Below, piece after piece: positions 28,601 to 43,200 of a DNA stretch of 64,000 bases. The translations under genes and the position numbers were made by a program. Positions within the stretch are counted from its first letter, which is position 1. Each line of letters opens with the position of its first letter. Below the pieces are notes generated by a model, which was given only the letters and a program-made list of their open reading frames with translations, did no database searches and was not told the DNA's origin. Origin of the DNA: Lingula anatina (Eukaryota; Animalia; Brachiopoda); assembly GCA_051362555.1 (NCBI GenBank), contig CM120640.1:28048503-28112502 (forward strand), in the 5' to 3' direction.

Positions 28601-31600
28601 TAAAAAAATTTTGTTCAGTATACTTCATTCTTTTCAAGAGTAGTATTTTTGTTGTCACCAACCCTCTTCCCACTCCCCTATTAGATTTTAAGTGTGTACC
28701 AGTTAACCTCTTTCATATTAGCCACTTAAAAATTACAATATCAGTGGTGAACCTGATAGAAATCCTCAAATTACTGATAATCTCAAACAGACAGCCTTCC
28801 TACCACAATGTGAGAACACAATATGTGAGTGCTCCTTTTAATCCTTCGGCCTTACAGTTGCATGCAGTCTTAGTAATTTATACTTTCAGATGTGTACCTT
28901 TAGAGATGATAGCACATTTCACATAGTGTTTTATGATGACAGTGACTTACTCCTACTTGTTTGTGGTTTTGTTTGGCTTTGCTTTTGCTTTTAATCAAAA
29001 TGGTGATTAATGATATAATTTAAACTAATCAGGATTATCAGACTATGGGAAATGTAGTGATTTTTTAGTAAAAAAAGATCTGAAATTAACGCCAATGCAC
29101 ACTTGATATTTTGCACTCTTTTGGTTACAGAGGGCTATTTTCTTCTGGTTAAACTAATCAGTTATCTCACAAGTGGGTGTGTAATTAATTGCATGCATCA
29201 GTTTGGAGGGATAAATTTTTATCTTTAATGTACGTCATTGATAATACTTAGTATCAGCTTTGTGATGCCATGCTATTCAGGCACTAAAAAACCGTTTTTA
29301 CCGTCTTATTAGGTCTTTCTTTGTCTAGATAATTGAAATATGAGAACGAGGGAACAATTTTTATGCTTAGATGCGCAGCTGTCATTTTTGCCAGATAGTG
29401 TAATAATTATTAATTTCCATCCATTAAAAACACATCAGTAATTGTCCAGTGAATGTGTTTAAGTGATGGTTTCGAACTTGCCCACTTCAGAAAGTGAGAT
29501 GTTGATGATGTTTACCACTTATGAATTTCAATTAATTTTCAGGTATTTTAATCACCAGCTGGCTGATATTAGGACTTGTTCTGATCTCCATTTTCTGTGT
29601 ATTTGATTCTGGTGGAGCTGCCTACGTCAAATATACCAAGTATAATTCCTCCCTACGACAGCAACGGAGCTGGAGGAAGCGGTAAGAATGATATGAGTGC
29701 CCCCCACAGCCATTTGTTCTGTCAGTTAAATCTTCTCCTCAATACATGTAAATGCGTTGTGCAATCAAACACTATTTGTAATGACATTTGCCTGCATGTA
29801 GTCAGTGAAGCTAGTCGAACGGTGATTAAGTCAGTCATACCTTTTTGCATTCAAAAATTAGACAAGACAGTTAGAAATTGACTTTGACTTTTTTGTACTC
29901 TTCTGTTTGCTGTTTTGAGAATCGTTAATGGTTAAAGCAAAATGTCAATATTACCTAATATAGAGAAGTCATTTTTTGCAGTTAAGAGAATTGAATGAGT
30001 TGCTTAATTTGATCATTCCTGAGCTCTGTCAGACATGTTCTTGTTAATAAATTATTGGTGTTACACGAAAGACATGTTATTAAATCAACAGTCATGTTAT
30101 CTCACATACATGTACCTCAGTCATGTCTCCACAGTAACTGAACTCTAATCCTTTGGACGCTTGGCACATACTTGTGAAAACTACAGGTGTGTTCCATAAA
30201 GGACTCTCTTGTTTGGAGGGGTGGGGCATTTTAATTTCATCAATTGATGGTGTGTTTTATCAATTGATTGATTCGTCAATTGATTTATTTCAGAAAGATG
30301 GGGATGATGTGATAAATACTCACTTTGTATGGCTTAGAAAGGATAGTGATTCTTGATATGCATTATGCATATAGTATCATTCCAGCCTCATGACTTCTAA
30401 TTGAATTTCAGTAAGCAAGTCCTTAGTTATAGAAAGCGTTGGGAAAGGCGTTTTAGATGGTGGTGCTGTTGTGTGGGCTCAGCTGACAGAAGACGGGTAA
30501 GTCAGGCCTAGTCTGTCCAATGAAACAATGGTGATCATCCCATTAGCTTAGCAGGTGTCAAGTGTGAAAAAAATATTGCAGTGGAAATCATCTGGCTTAA
30601 GTGAGGGTGTGACATCATACGCGGCTAGAAAATGTGCAAGAATCCATGTGATGTTGAGTTTATTTTAAAACAGTAAGGGCAAAACTCTATTTGCAGGGAA
30701 TGACATCTTTGTAATCAATTAAAAAATGATATGATTATTTTATGTTTAATTGCAACCCAAATTAGTGTTCTGCATAGCATAATGAAGACTAAGGGCCATT
30801 CTCCAATTTGTTTTTCAGACCACCACTTTTGCAGAAATAGCTGATCTGTTCACCCAGTACTTTGGAGAATTGGATGTTGTCCCTTCAGATGTAGTGGCTG
30901 GGCTAGTGCTACTTCGACAGTATCAGAAGAAACGAATGGCCATCACTGCATCAAAGGTATTGATTCTAAAATCAATTGTATTATCAAAGTGTTTCTTTGT
31001 GAATTATTCTAACCATCAAGGTGTTGGAAGTTTTTGCAATTATTTGATACAGAAGAATTTGCTAGCCTTTTCCCATTTGCACAAAATACTTTTGAGACTT
31101 TCTCAAATAGGTCGTGAGCAGCCAGCCCAAATTGCCAGACATGAGGTATTACATGATTAATCATCATACCTGGATGTCCCCTGTGTATTAACCCTTCATG
31201 GGTGGCAGAGTTTACTTTTCTTATGCATGGATATTTCTCCTTTCTGTCAAAGATTAATTATTTCAAAATTTGATCAATATTGTATGCGCTAGACTCACAT
31301 AATCTGAATAAACTGCCATAGTCAGGAAGTTGTATTGAATTTTCAGATTCTATTTTCAGGGAACCAATGACATATACCAGTTTCTGTCTGGAGTCCCAGT
31401 GTGTCCCAACACAAGATTTTTACGTCTTACCTCACCAGCAGTTCTAGCAGACTATAAAAAGACTGCTCATTTTATGAGATATGCAGCGGGAGCCTATGGC
31501 TGGCCATTTTACATATATGTTAATCCGTGTACAGGGTGCTGTAGTCTTTTTCCTAAATTGATGTAAGTTTGTCTAAATGAGTGGTAACAAACACACATGA

Positions 31601-34600
31601 ATACAAATAAACAGGGTTTGAATTAACAAGAGAAAAATTAGAAAAGAGAAAAAGTCTAACTTTCATTATGATATGATCAGTATTTTAGCTAACAATTGGC
31701 ATTACAGTCACAATAATTAGATTTGTCAATGCTTTTGATAAGTTCTGATGAATAGGTTCTTAAGTTGCAGATTGTAATCCAGTTCAGGAGGTTTCAAATT
31801 AAAGAGCTTTCAAAACCTTGAAAGATATATCTTCGGGTGTTGTTGAGGATAAATAGAAAAACCTTGTGTACAGTGCTTACGTAATTTAAAGAAATTGCTA
31901 GATTATTCAACATGGAAATTAAGATTTCATTGTAATTATATTCAATTTCGAGCATAAAAACTGAAATACTCAATGTAACAATGTATGCAGTAAGCTATCA
32001 AGCAACATTTATCTTGCTTGGATGTTATATTGAAGTTTATGTACCCTAAATTATCATTTCAGGTGCAAATGTTGTTGCTGTTGTGAAACCAGTCTTGGAC
32101 TTAAGACCACATTGATTGGAGACAACTGTTGTAGCTGCCATTATGCTGCTCTTCTGAAAAGATCTGGGTGCAGGGAGGCAGACTTGGTCTACGTTACATG
32201 GCACAATCAGGTGGGTGTTTTCCATTAATCTGTACAAGTATTATAATTAGGATAGTAAACTTGGTGCTGCCATTGTTGTGCTTTAAGGCAGTTAGGTGTG
32301 TTACATGACAGCTTCACACAATTTCGTAGATTTTTCATGTTATATTTGTGTCAGCTGATATCATGTTTCTTAAATTTTTCCCCTCACTAGGACCTTATCA
32401 CTGACTCAGAGTTTTTTGCTCTGATTTGGAACCATTTGCTTTGGAATTCTTGAAGAAAGGGTTTTTAATCTGCATGAAATATTTAACTCTATTTTTTTTT
32501 CTTTTTGCTTAGATTGATGAGACCCCTTTTTATGTGGCAATTGATCAGAAGTACAAGAAGATAGTGATAGCTATCAGAGGGACTTTATCATTTGAAGATG
32601 TCCTCACAGATTTGTCTGCCGACGTGGAACCTCTCCCTGTCGATCCACCAAGAGAAGACTGGCTTGGGCATAAGGTGAGATCTTTTTTTTCTCTCTGGAT
32701 AAAAAGCAAATAAAGATAAAGATAAAAAGCAGAAGCAATTTTGACTCCCCAGAACCTGTTATCAAACATGCCAATATTTACCATATAGATGCAATGTTAA
32801 CTGTGTGGTTCACAAGTCCAGCTGAACAGTTCTTGGCAGTGGCTTGCAGGCTGTTGTTCTCTCTTCTTGAATAAAAGCACAGAGACCTTGTTTTGTAATG
32901 GTGATTTGTTTATTGTTGTAACAATCATTAACAGATAGCAAAGACAGTAATAACAATCAAAAGGGCATTGTCTTTCTGAGATGTTTTTGAGAAGGTTGAA
33001 GTGGATGCAAGTTTTTGAATAACTTTAATCCAAAATCATCTTCACGTATTAAAAAGCATTATAATACTGCACATTCAGGGCATAGTAATGGCTGCCAAGT
33101 ATGTCCAGAGTAAACTGAAGGAGGGGAGACTGATACAACAGGCACAGAGCAGGTGTCAGGCAGTGAGTACAGGGAAAACCTTTTTTTTTTCAGTTGTTAA
33201 TAATTTATAGTCACTGAAAATACAGTTTATTTGACATGAACCTTTTGAAAACTTACAAATAAAAGACTGAAGAGTGGTAACTTTATTTTGTGTTGTATAA
33301 GCAGTCGGATTATGTCAGGTACTTAAATTTATTGCTTGAGCTATTATTCAACTCAAAGTAGAATTATTTCAACAAAGACTTAAACTGATCAATTATAGCT
33401 AAGAAAATGAAATTTAAGTACTAAATATTCTTTGACATTCACCAGAAAAATTTGACTCAATTATTCTATTTTGAGCCAATTGAAGTTTAGCTTTTATGTA
33501 GTAAGCTTCCTCATAAAATAACAACATCTTTTTGCTATAAAGCTTTCATAAAATATTAATCTATTTCAAGCCTCACTTATATGTTTTTGGTACTATAAGC
33601 AAGCCAAAATGTTATGTGGTAAAATATATCTCAATTTTTTTTTTAATATTTCAATCTCCCAGGAGGACCCAAGTGGCCAGGCCTATGGTGTGGTTGTAGT
33701 TGGTCACTCCCTAGGTGCAGGGACAGCTGCTATCCTGGCCATGTTACTCCAGAAGGAATATCCAACTCTGCATTGCTATGCCTACTCTCCACCTGGGGGG
33801 TTGCTGAGGTAAAACAGAAAATTTTCTTTTGATGAGAAATGAAGAAGATTCATATAGGATATGGGCAGAGTATTGTTTATTTTGTAAATATTGTGTAGTA
33901 GTCTTAGCTTCTTCATAAGAAACATTAAATTGTAGTTTTATGATCATGCTTATTCCTTTTACTTCACTGGGTTGTCAGAGTAGTTCTGAACCATACTATA
34001 CATAGTTTGCGATCTGTGTGACACTTATTTTCATCCATTGAAATCTGCACTAAATTTTCAAGTTTTGACCAATAAAAATGGTTTTTAAAAGCAGTTATGC
34101 AGTCAGACTTTGTGAGATTTACAGGTATAGGTCTTATATTCCTTTTTATATTTCAGCAAAGCTGCAATGGAGGAGTCCAAATCTTATGTTACTTCAGTGG
34201 TTGTTGGCAAAGATATTATCACAAGGTAATAAATGTGCGGTGAACTAATTGAATGTGCTTAAAATGATACAGAATATTTAATATATGATCTCAGAATTTT
34301 TTATTCAGTTTTAGAAAAAAAGAATGAAATAATGAATACTCTGAATTAAGATGTTAATATATAATTATGTTAATAAAAATGTTCTATTTTCCAGACTTGG
34401 GCTTCCTCAGTTAGAAACAGTCCGTGCAAACTTAATCAACATCATCAAAAGGAGTAGAAGTTCCAAGGTAGGTAGTGACAAAAGTTTAAACCACATGTCA
34501 ATAAAAGTTTACATCATCTCATACAAATTATTTTAACTTTCGATGCAAGAATAATTTCTATTGAAAACCCTGGGTATGTCTTGTCAACTTATGTAAAAAA

Positions 34601-37600
34601 ATATAAGGCAAAAAATACCTATCTTCTCTCTGTAATGTAATAATGTAAAGAGGGGGGGCATTTGTTTAAATACAAAGTCATTCTTAATATCTGTAATAAC
34701 ATTCTGTGTACTTCCAGTGGAGGATCATCACAGGAGGCATGTGTCGCTGCTGCCCTACCGATATGGAGAGTTATTTTTATGACTTCCAAGAAGAACTCAA
34801 CAGGGGTTCACGGACTCCGAGAACTTCCGACTCCGCTAATCACTCGTCTATTGACCAAATCAGTCAGCCACCCAGTCAGCCCCTATATCCTCCTGGTAGA
34901 ATCATACACATTGTTAGAGCTCATCCGAAATCAGATGGGTAAGGACAAAGTGTGATTTCTTTACTGTAAGATCCTCTGTTCAAATAGCCCCATGACTTCA
35001 ACATGTCTTAAAGATGTGCATGCTTTCAGTGTAATTATTTGCAATTCATAGTTTGTGCACTGCTAGTAATTTTTAAATCACAGGTCTTATTTTTATTCTG
35101 CCTGAAGAACAATGGTTTCAGATAAAGGTTGCTACATGTGTATTGTTATCACAACATTGCATTTTGAAAATTGAAACTGCTTTTGTGTCACTTAAGCTTC
35201 TTTTGAAGATGAAGAACAAGTTGATTCCCTGTTTTAAATGCTATGTTGCAGACCTGTGTGTGGTTCCAGAGAGCCAGTATACCAAGCCATATGGGCAGAC
35301 AACAATGACTTCCATGAGATTTTAGTTTCCCCTAGAATGATGACAGACCATATGCCAGAGAGGGTCATGGAAGCCCTGAATAAGGTAGTGGTGCTAAGGC
35401 AAAAGGGCAGCTTATTAGATAATTACCAACTACTTAAGATAGTTTAATACAATGAAATAAAAAAGTAGAAAAATTTGTTATAGATAAACTTTGATTGATT
35501 TTATGGATACAAAGGTTTTGCTAGATAATGTTTATTTGATTCAAGAGTATTGTTTTATACTATGTACACGAAAAGGATAAAAATCGACCTCTGCGGGCAA
35601 GCAGGTCTTCATTTAATAAATGCTAGAGGGGCTTCACAAAGTTGACCAAAGCATTATTATTGATGATTCATGTTACATGCTGTTAATAAACCAAGTCTAT
35701 TTCATCGCAATTTGGTTGGTTTCTTCTCATAAACCATGAATAATTATATATAATAATTATGCTTTTTTCATATTTTGGTGCAGTGATTTAACATTTGAAA
35801 CTTAATGGTTTTGAATCCTAGGTGCTTGTGAATGTTGGACCAAGTAAACCAAGTCGTAGACTTCCAGAACATGAGAGGAGAGCTCTCCTGACATCAGATA
35901 CTACAGATACTATGGAGATGAGAGCTCCTAGGCCTGACAAGTAAGAAACTACCAATTTTAGGATTTACTTTGTATTATATTATGCCAAGAAAACAAGTTT
36001 AAATTAGGTTCTGTTAAGAAAAAAGCTCACAGGGGTCTCAGAATAGTAGATTTTATCTCGTAGATGTTTCATTTGATAGATGATTGTCACTTTGAATTTG
36101 CATCAGTTGAGTTAAGATAAAGCAAATTACCTGCAAATTATAGTCTTTACTTTAAATGCATAAATTTTTTGCCAAGGGAAAAAAAACAAGGCATCTGATG
36201 AGCAGATTTCAGACTTTTTGGGAGCCAAAAATATCATTTATGAGATCAACGCAGAGGGCCCTTAGGACTCCATGCCATATTTCCGGACTTTTTCTCTAAA
36301 TGGCAATCTCATCTCTGAATAAGAGAAAATTCCTGAGAAGCAAAGATTAATGGATCTTAGACAAAGAGCATACAATTACAACAGGGATTATATTTTTCCA
36401 ACTATTGGCAGATTCTCAACATTTTAGTTGGTGTGGTGCTGTCAACAATTATGAAATTTTCCGACTAACTTTGGATTTCTGACTATGTGGGTGGTGTTGG
36501 TGCTTACAACAGTAATGAGATTTTTCCTGCTATCATAGGATTATGACTTTATGGTAGCTAAAAATTCTTATCTTATACAGTCTCTTTGCTCTTGTTTCAG
36601 CCTGTGTCTGGAGTCCAGCTACACTGGCAGTTTTCCTGAGGAGCCTGATATTCCCAACCCCAGTAGACATTCCAGTCTGAGCTGGGAGTATACATCTCCT
36701 CTAGAGGCAGCCGTCTCCACCCCAGATAAACTAGATGACGCCAACCCCACTGGGGTGGTAGTCAAGCCAGGGGAGAAGACGGCCACACAGACCCAGTTAT
36801 TTTTGACTGATGAATTAGGCAGTTCCCCTACCAGAAGTTTAAACAGGTCTAGAACGTATCCCTTCAGAAGTGGGAGGCAGCCTGTGATGGTAGATGTGGA
36901 GCCAGCCCCCATTGCTACTCCTGAAAGCCTCTCCGATACCTCCAGTGTGGGCTCCAGTAGCAGTGGGTCTAGGAAGTATCTCGGTGGTTTTTTGAAACTT
37001 TCTGAAGGGTTCGACAAAATGGACCCCATTGCTGCCTCCCCCAGTCATCATAAGTCTAAAGGAGGGGACGGCAGTGTGGCGCCGCCACCTACTCCATTAC
37101 ACAGCACTGTGCAGGACGGAGGGAATGACAGCACTTTGTCTGATATTCTTAACTGGGCCGCCCAGCCTCCTGTTGCACAGTCTACGCCGTATAGAAACAC
37201 AATCACCACTACAGCACAAGTTGAATCTCACCCCAAGCAATTGAATCTTGATCAGGATGAGAATCCTGATGCTGACGTTGTTGACAGTAATGCTGAAGGT
37301 GATGGCAGCAGTAAACTGTCCGATTTCAATACCAGAAGTCGGATAATTGGAGAGAAATTGAAAAAGGCAGAGTGCACAGACTCGTATAAACTTACGTTTG
37401 CTGAGAGCAGTTCAAGTGCCCGTCAGGCTATTAGTGAAGGAGATTGTACCCAGAATGGGTATGTCCCTCACTCCCCTACCCATGGTAACCAGCAGTTATA
37501 TAATGATGTGACAGGCCATTATTCTCAAGGGGGGCGTGGTTACCCTCATGGGGGTTACCAGGCACCATTTCAGCACTCGGAATCTGACACCCATTTGGAC

Positions 37601-37879
37601 CATGCTGTGTACAAACCAGACCAGATACACAGAACCAAAGATATTGAAGATATTAAAGAAATGGAGGACACTGAACCTGTCTTTGAGGACAAAGACAGTG
37701 AGGACACTCCCACTAAGCTGATGCGGCAGAGACATTTTAGTTCACCGGCAATGCAAACTGTATTGTCAAAATCGGAAAGTAACAAAAAGTCGGATGACCA
37801 ATTGAAACTTCTGCCCTCCCCTCACGAAGAGTTGGATGAGGTATTTGAAGTCTCAAGTGAAAAAGATAGCACTTTCTAA
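16308..37879 (+). CDS. DAGLA: sn1-specific diacylglycerol lipase alpha, 17 coding exons, ~1135 aa
   Basis: Exons 16308-16402, 25028-25239, 25841-25942, 29543-29681, 30412-30496, 30819-30956, 31360-31562, 32063-32210, 32513-32674, 33079-33162, 33663-33808, 34157-34225, 34395-34467, 34718-34938, 35252-35384, 35822-35940 and 36601-37879 total 3408 nt in frame. Features: N-terminus MPGLVVFNRRWSIGSDDL, 4 TM segments, LDVVPSDVVAGLVLLRQ, IRGTLS, GHSLG nucleophile, GKDII, YPPGRIIH, DHMP, and a long disordered C-tail typical of the alpha isoform. Confidence 0.95.
24072..24303 (+). mobile_element. MITE family A copy 2 (DAGLA intron 1)
   Basis: TTAGACTGAGTTCCCACAAAGTTAGATCGATC...GATTGATCTAAATATCTGTGGGAATAGCCTCTAA, with TTA/TAA flanks. 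Confidence 0.82.
25257..25478 (+). mobile_element. MITE family A copy 3 (DAGLA intron 2, 17 nt from the 5' splice site)
   Basis: TTAGACTGGGTTCCCACAGATTTAGATCGATC...GATCGATCTAAAAATCTATGGGAATGCAGTCTAA forms imperfect TIRs with TTA/TAA flanks. Confidence 0.85.
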
Positions 37880-40298
37880 TATGAGTATACTCGGAGCACA
37901 TCTGAAATGAAACATGCTTCAAATTACTTCCAATTTGGATAGTTGTTTCTCATTGTACATTTGTTTAAAACGTGAGAGAAAATATTTTACATAAAAACCA
38001 TGCTGTTCCCAAATTGTAGTACCACCAAATTGTATTTGCTTAAAGCTTAGTTTGATTTTGATAGAAACCAATTCTTTATACATATCATACATGTATGTTT
38101 TGTTGATCTTTTATTGTTATCGTCCTGTCTGCAATGCCAGGAGAAAGAAGGCAAGTTTGGGATACGTTTTAATTGCCAGCAGTATACCCACTGGAAGATT
38201 TTATTCTGGGTGGTAGTTTTTAAGTTGTGATACCTAGTATGTCATCAGTGGGGAATTTTTTTGTATATTTATTGTTAGTTCTTCTACGTGCTTTTATGTT
38301 GTTGTGACAGCTTTTTACTACTGATATCTTCCAGTAATACTTGCCAAAACAAAATTTGACTGATGTATATATTAATTGTTGAGGTATGCAAATATTAAAT
38401 GAAAAAAATTTGCAATACATTTGCCTGATTACTTTTCTTTGTCTTAATACTGGTATGCTGAGGTTGTGTTTAGGTGTACTTGCTCATGAAGCTGATATAT
38501 CTTTATGTATTGTGTGCCATTTTATGAATGCAATAGTATTTTGTATCGTATGGGGGGAAAAAAAGGTAGTATCTGCACAGGAAACGGCATCCTTTTTCTC
38601 AAGAAATAAAATAGGACTGCTGTGATTGTATTGTTGTTAGAATGATATTTTTACAGTAAATAGTTCATTTTGTTTTTAAATAACCCACATGATGTTTATA
38701 GAAAATGTTTAACACTTATTGTGTTGCTGTTTTTTCCTCGTGGTTATATATGTACATATTTACTTAATTTTTACTTTCTTTCAGCAAATGTGAAAGATTT
38801 TGAAAATATTTTGTGTCTGAATTGCAGGTTTCTATTGCTTGCTGTTGCAGAAGCTTGCCGCAGTACAGTTTGTGTTAATAATGCAACAAGAAAACATTCC
38901 ATTGTGCAACATTATACTTACATTCAGAAGATTTTGATGGGCACATGTTGACCTAGTTTATATAGTGTCCTTTGTGGGAGTATTAGTATTTCTGGTTCTA
39001 AAAAGAATGTTACTTTTGATATGGAGTGTTTATAAGAAGCAAATGTTGAAATAAGGTTTTTATAAGACAAAAGTGTGGGTTAACCAAATTTCATATTTCA
39101 ATTTCAAATTAAAATTCTAGCATTAAACTGTTTGGAATATCACGTTTGTAGTAATTATGAAGGGAGAAATTGGGGGGGGGGGGGGGGGGGGGGGGAGTGA
39201 CAGCTGATTAAATTTTTAAGTGTAAACTTAGCAAGTGAATATGTTTCATGTAGAAATTGTCATGTCTCTGTGATAGCCTTGATGTTGTATGCTCTTAGTT
39301 GATGGTTGCATATTGCCTTTATTTCAGTGTAAATGTTACCAAAAAAGAAATTGCATCAAAATGACTGTAAATGTTTGCCAAAGTATAGGTTTATATTGAA
39401 AAGATCTTTGTAAAATTGTCTCATTCAAAAGTGACAAGTGTGTGATTATGGTAACATTTTGCTGTATTGTTGTGCTGGTAATTATAAGTATTTTTTGCTT
39501 TCAAAGCACCAGTTTGAACTGAACTGCCCTGTGTGAGAGAAATGCACCCAATTTGCAGAAAATAAACAGCATTTTATACTGGGTTTTAAATATAATGGCT
39601 GATTTTGTTTTCCTTTACTATCCTCTGGATTATTATAATGATTAGTCATTACACCAATATTTTATTCAATTTAAGAAAAGTATCCCTTTTGGACAACAAT
39701 ATAAAAAAAAATAGTTTATTCAGCAGCATGTATATATATATTTTGACCACAGCTGTCAAAAGTCACTTTATCACATAATTATTTACATTAAAAATTGAAA
39801 TAGATTTCATTATCATCACATAATGGAAAATGTGTAAATGCCAGTCGTACATCATGTGAGCATTTGAGCAACTCTAAGTAGTACTGCACAAGAAATGGGG
39901 ATAAAATTTAAACAAAAGCATCCATACTGCAAATTATTATCACATTGATTAAAGGATACATTATGTTAGATATTCAAAAGTACAAATGAAATGATGTTTG
40001 TTTTCTGACGAAATGAAAACGAGTGATAGGTGGGAAAAGTTCTCTCCTCTTTCTTGGCAAGCTTGAAAAAACATCTACACTAGCAATTAAAAAAATTATC
40101 ACAAACACTTTAAGTGTCACTTTCCAATGGCATTTATGAAAATTCTAACACGAGCCACATAATATAAAAATTGTTCATTGAAAGGTTTTCAAATCTGTTC
40201 AATGATTTCTTAAGAGAATTTGACTGTTTACATGACCAGATTCCTTCAACAGGATCCACGGACAAAGTGAAAAAATATTATGCTAATAAATCCTTATT

Positions 40299-43200
40299 TC
40301 AAGCAACGGTCACACTTCTGTGTAACTTCAGGTCATGGGTATGATCATCAAAGTAGGAGTCCCGTGCTCTAATACTCCTGTAAAAAAATAAAATAAAAAC
40401 AATCATTTACAATACCAAGCAGCGTAGGAGCTTATATATGCAAGTATTATTACATTTCACATTAAGTGGTATTTAGAAGTATTCCATCTGTACCCTTACA
40501 AAAACATAACCATGCAATTTGAACATATAACAATATTTGCCTTAACTTTTTTGAGATATTTAGTTTTATTTCACATATGTAATAAAAATGTGCTTACCTT
40601 CCCACATAAGGATGTAATGACCTAAGAGTTGCAGTAGTATTAATGTCAGGGCCATACGAATGTACAGCTGTGCTTTTTGTAAAACCATCGGACTTTTGCA
40701 GATGCACTCCACCTCTGCAGTGGCCCTCTCTTTCCTTGTCCTCTGGGGTAGGATCAGGAAACCTGAAAAAATTGAAAAAAATTGTGAACTCATTGAGCAA
40801 ATGAAAGAAAAGAAAAACTGAGACAATGGTCATGAATGTTCTCTGGCTTTATTCTTTTTTTTTATTATTTTACTTGAAGAATATTGTCACATTAAAAAAT
40901 TTATTTTTTAAAATCCTTACAAATAAAAGGTTTTTCTTTGGGTAAAATTTCTAAACATGATTGGGTGTAATTATATATGCTCATACCTTGTTGCATAATG
41001 TGTAATGAATCTCCTCGGATTATCAGATGTTTGCACAAATCTGTCATTATTTTCACTAAACCCTGTCAATTCCTTGAAACCAACTCCTGTCGTTTCCAGG
41101 CGATCAGCTTCTGTTTTATCTGGACGTTGCTGACCAAGGAATGTATCTTTGGCAAGACTGTGAAAACAAATATCAAACAAACTTCAAAAATATGAAAAAT
41201 ATTTCATTAAAAACACCTTTTTTCAATTTATTATATATTTTTTTAAAATTAGATTTACAGTTTACTGAGTGGTTCTTGAAAAAAATATAGATATGTGGGA
41301 ACGAGTACTTGATTCCCATCAAAATATATGCAAATACGCATATTCAATTCTATTGTTGGGAAACAAAAGACAGCTAACCTACCTTGTATAATTGTTAGGG
41401 TGTGTCATATTCATGTATTCTGTAGGGTCCTGTTTCTTAGTTCTCTCCAGTTTTGCACGAGGCATGTCATCGGCTTTGTCATATGCCTAAAATGATCAAA
41501 ATAAGCTTTAGCATTTAAAATCTACCTTTTGTGTTTTGTTGTCAAATCTTAAGATAGCAGTAACTATTTATAAAGCTGTCTTTATCAATTATCATGCGAC
41601 TAAAGAAATCTTGATGACATTGTAATTTTTCAAATGCTCATGAAAATTAAAAGATAAACCAGTTATGACAACTGCTAGTTTAAGAAAGGCATGGTGAAAC
41701 TGGGCTCTTATTTGACACAACATTCTGAAAACTCACATCTCCCATCACCCTGTTAACAAACACTGGTCTGGCTTTGGTGCCGGCAGTGAAACCTGTCCCC
41801 CGCTCAGACCCAATAGGAATGGTTGGTAATGGCTCTCCTCCCTGAAATAAGAGTTCCACAGACTGATAATCCTCGAGCATAAACATATAACAAGTCAACA
41901 GTGTCATTGGCTTTATGATAGAAACTGTACAAATTGATACCCTTTACCAGGGGGCAGATTATATAGGGAAAAATAGAATATTTGTCTAGAGACACATCCG
42001 TGAATATTTGTGAAAAATCAATCTGTCACCCTGGTAGAGCGTAACAAATTGACATGCTTTTGGCAACGATTGGACAGAATTTTTTTTCACTCTGTTCATT
42101 ACACTTTGCAGTCTTACAATCTCTTTTTTTGTAGCTCAGTTGAACATGGCACCATTTTCACATTCTAAACATAATCTCATGGAATCACTTACATGTAAAA
42201 ATTCTGAAGGCTGGAAATGTGTCTTCATGATACTTCTTCCAGTAGGTCTATCTGTGATGTATCCCTGGAAAAAAAGTGGTATCTCGGTTACAAGTGCCCC
42301 AAAGTTTTTTTATACATGAAATTTAAAAAAGTATAACTTATTTGATTAAAAAAGACTACTATACACTTATCTAAATATCTTTTACATAAAATAAATGTAT
42401 CTTTATTTCAAGATCTGCTTTGGGCAAAAAGATAGACAAGGAAGCTTCATCATTCTTATTTGTTGAGGGAAGAGAGTGCTTCAAGAATATTCTAAAATAG
42501 TCTGGAAAAATGTCACATACTGGTCTGTCGCCCTTGTATGGGGATCCCGGGTGGTAGGTGACAGGCTCTACATTGTAAGCATGTGTGAATCCAGTTTCTT
42601 CATTGGGTCCAAGAGTTTTCATTGTTGTGTCCACTGAAGAAAAATTTAAACAGCAAATTTAAGTGTGACATCTTCAAATAAGCATGTGTCATCGAAGTTG
42701 ATCTTCATAAATAACAAGGTTATTTTAATTATTTAAATTATATTTTAATATTAAAATGCTTTTTGTTCATTGTTTGATCTCATGAATATTGTTTTTTTGG
42801 TGTTTGTTATTGTGAGAGCAGTGGGGGGATTGCTTGCTTGTCTGGTGGACCCAGTACCATTAACCATTAAAATGTATAATATCTCATGCATATTGTACTT
42901 ACTTCTTTCACTTGGTTGTCCTTTGAATCGCTCCTTAGTTTCAGTTGTCATAAAACCTGGACCCTAAAAACAAGAATTATGATGAAAAATTAATTATCAT
43001 GAGTGAAACATCATATAAAATTTGAATTTTTATAAACCTATAATTCCAAATATTATGCCAGGATATTCACAAAATGACAAACATATATTCTCTTGCATAC
43101 ACTTACATAGCCAGAATTTTCTAATTCCACAGCATCCTTAGACTGGATCTTGTGCAGCAGTGGTTTGTATCTTGGCAAAATATCTGCCGATGCATTCGAC

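Noticed and set aside
36619-37922. Several 60-136 aa ORFs overlapping the last DAGLA exon
   Set aside because: Shadow ORFs of a long coding exon with no independent features.
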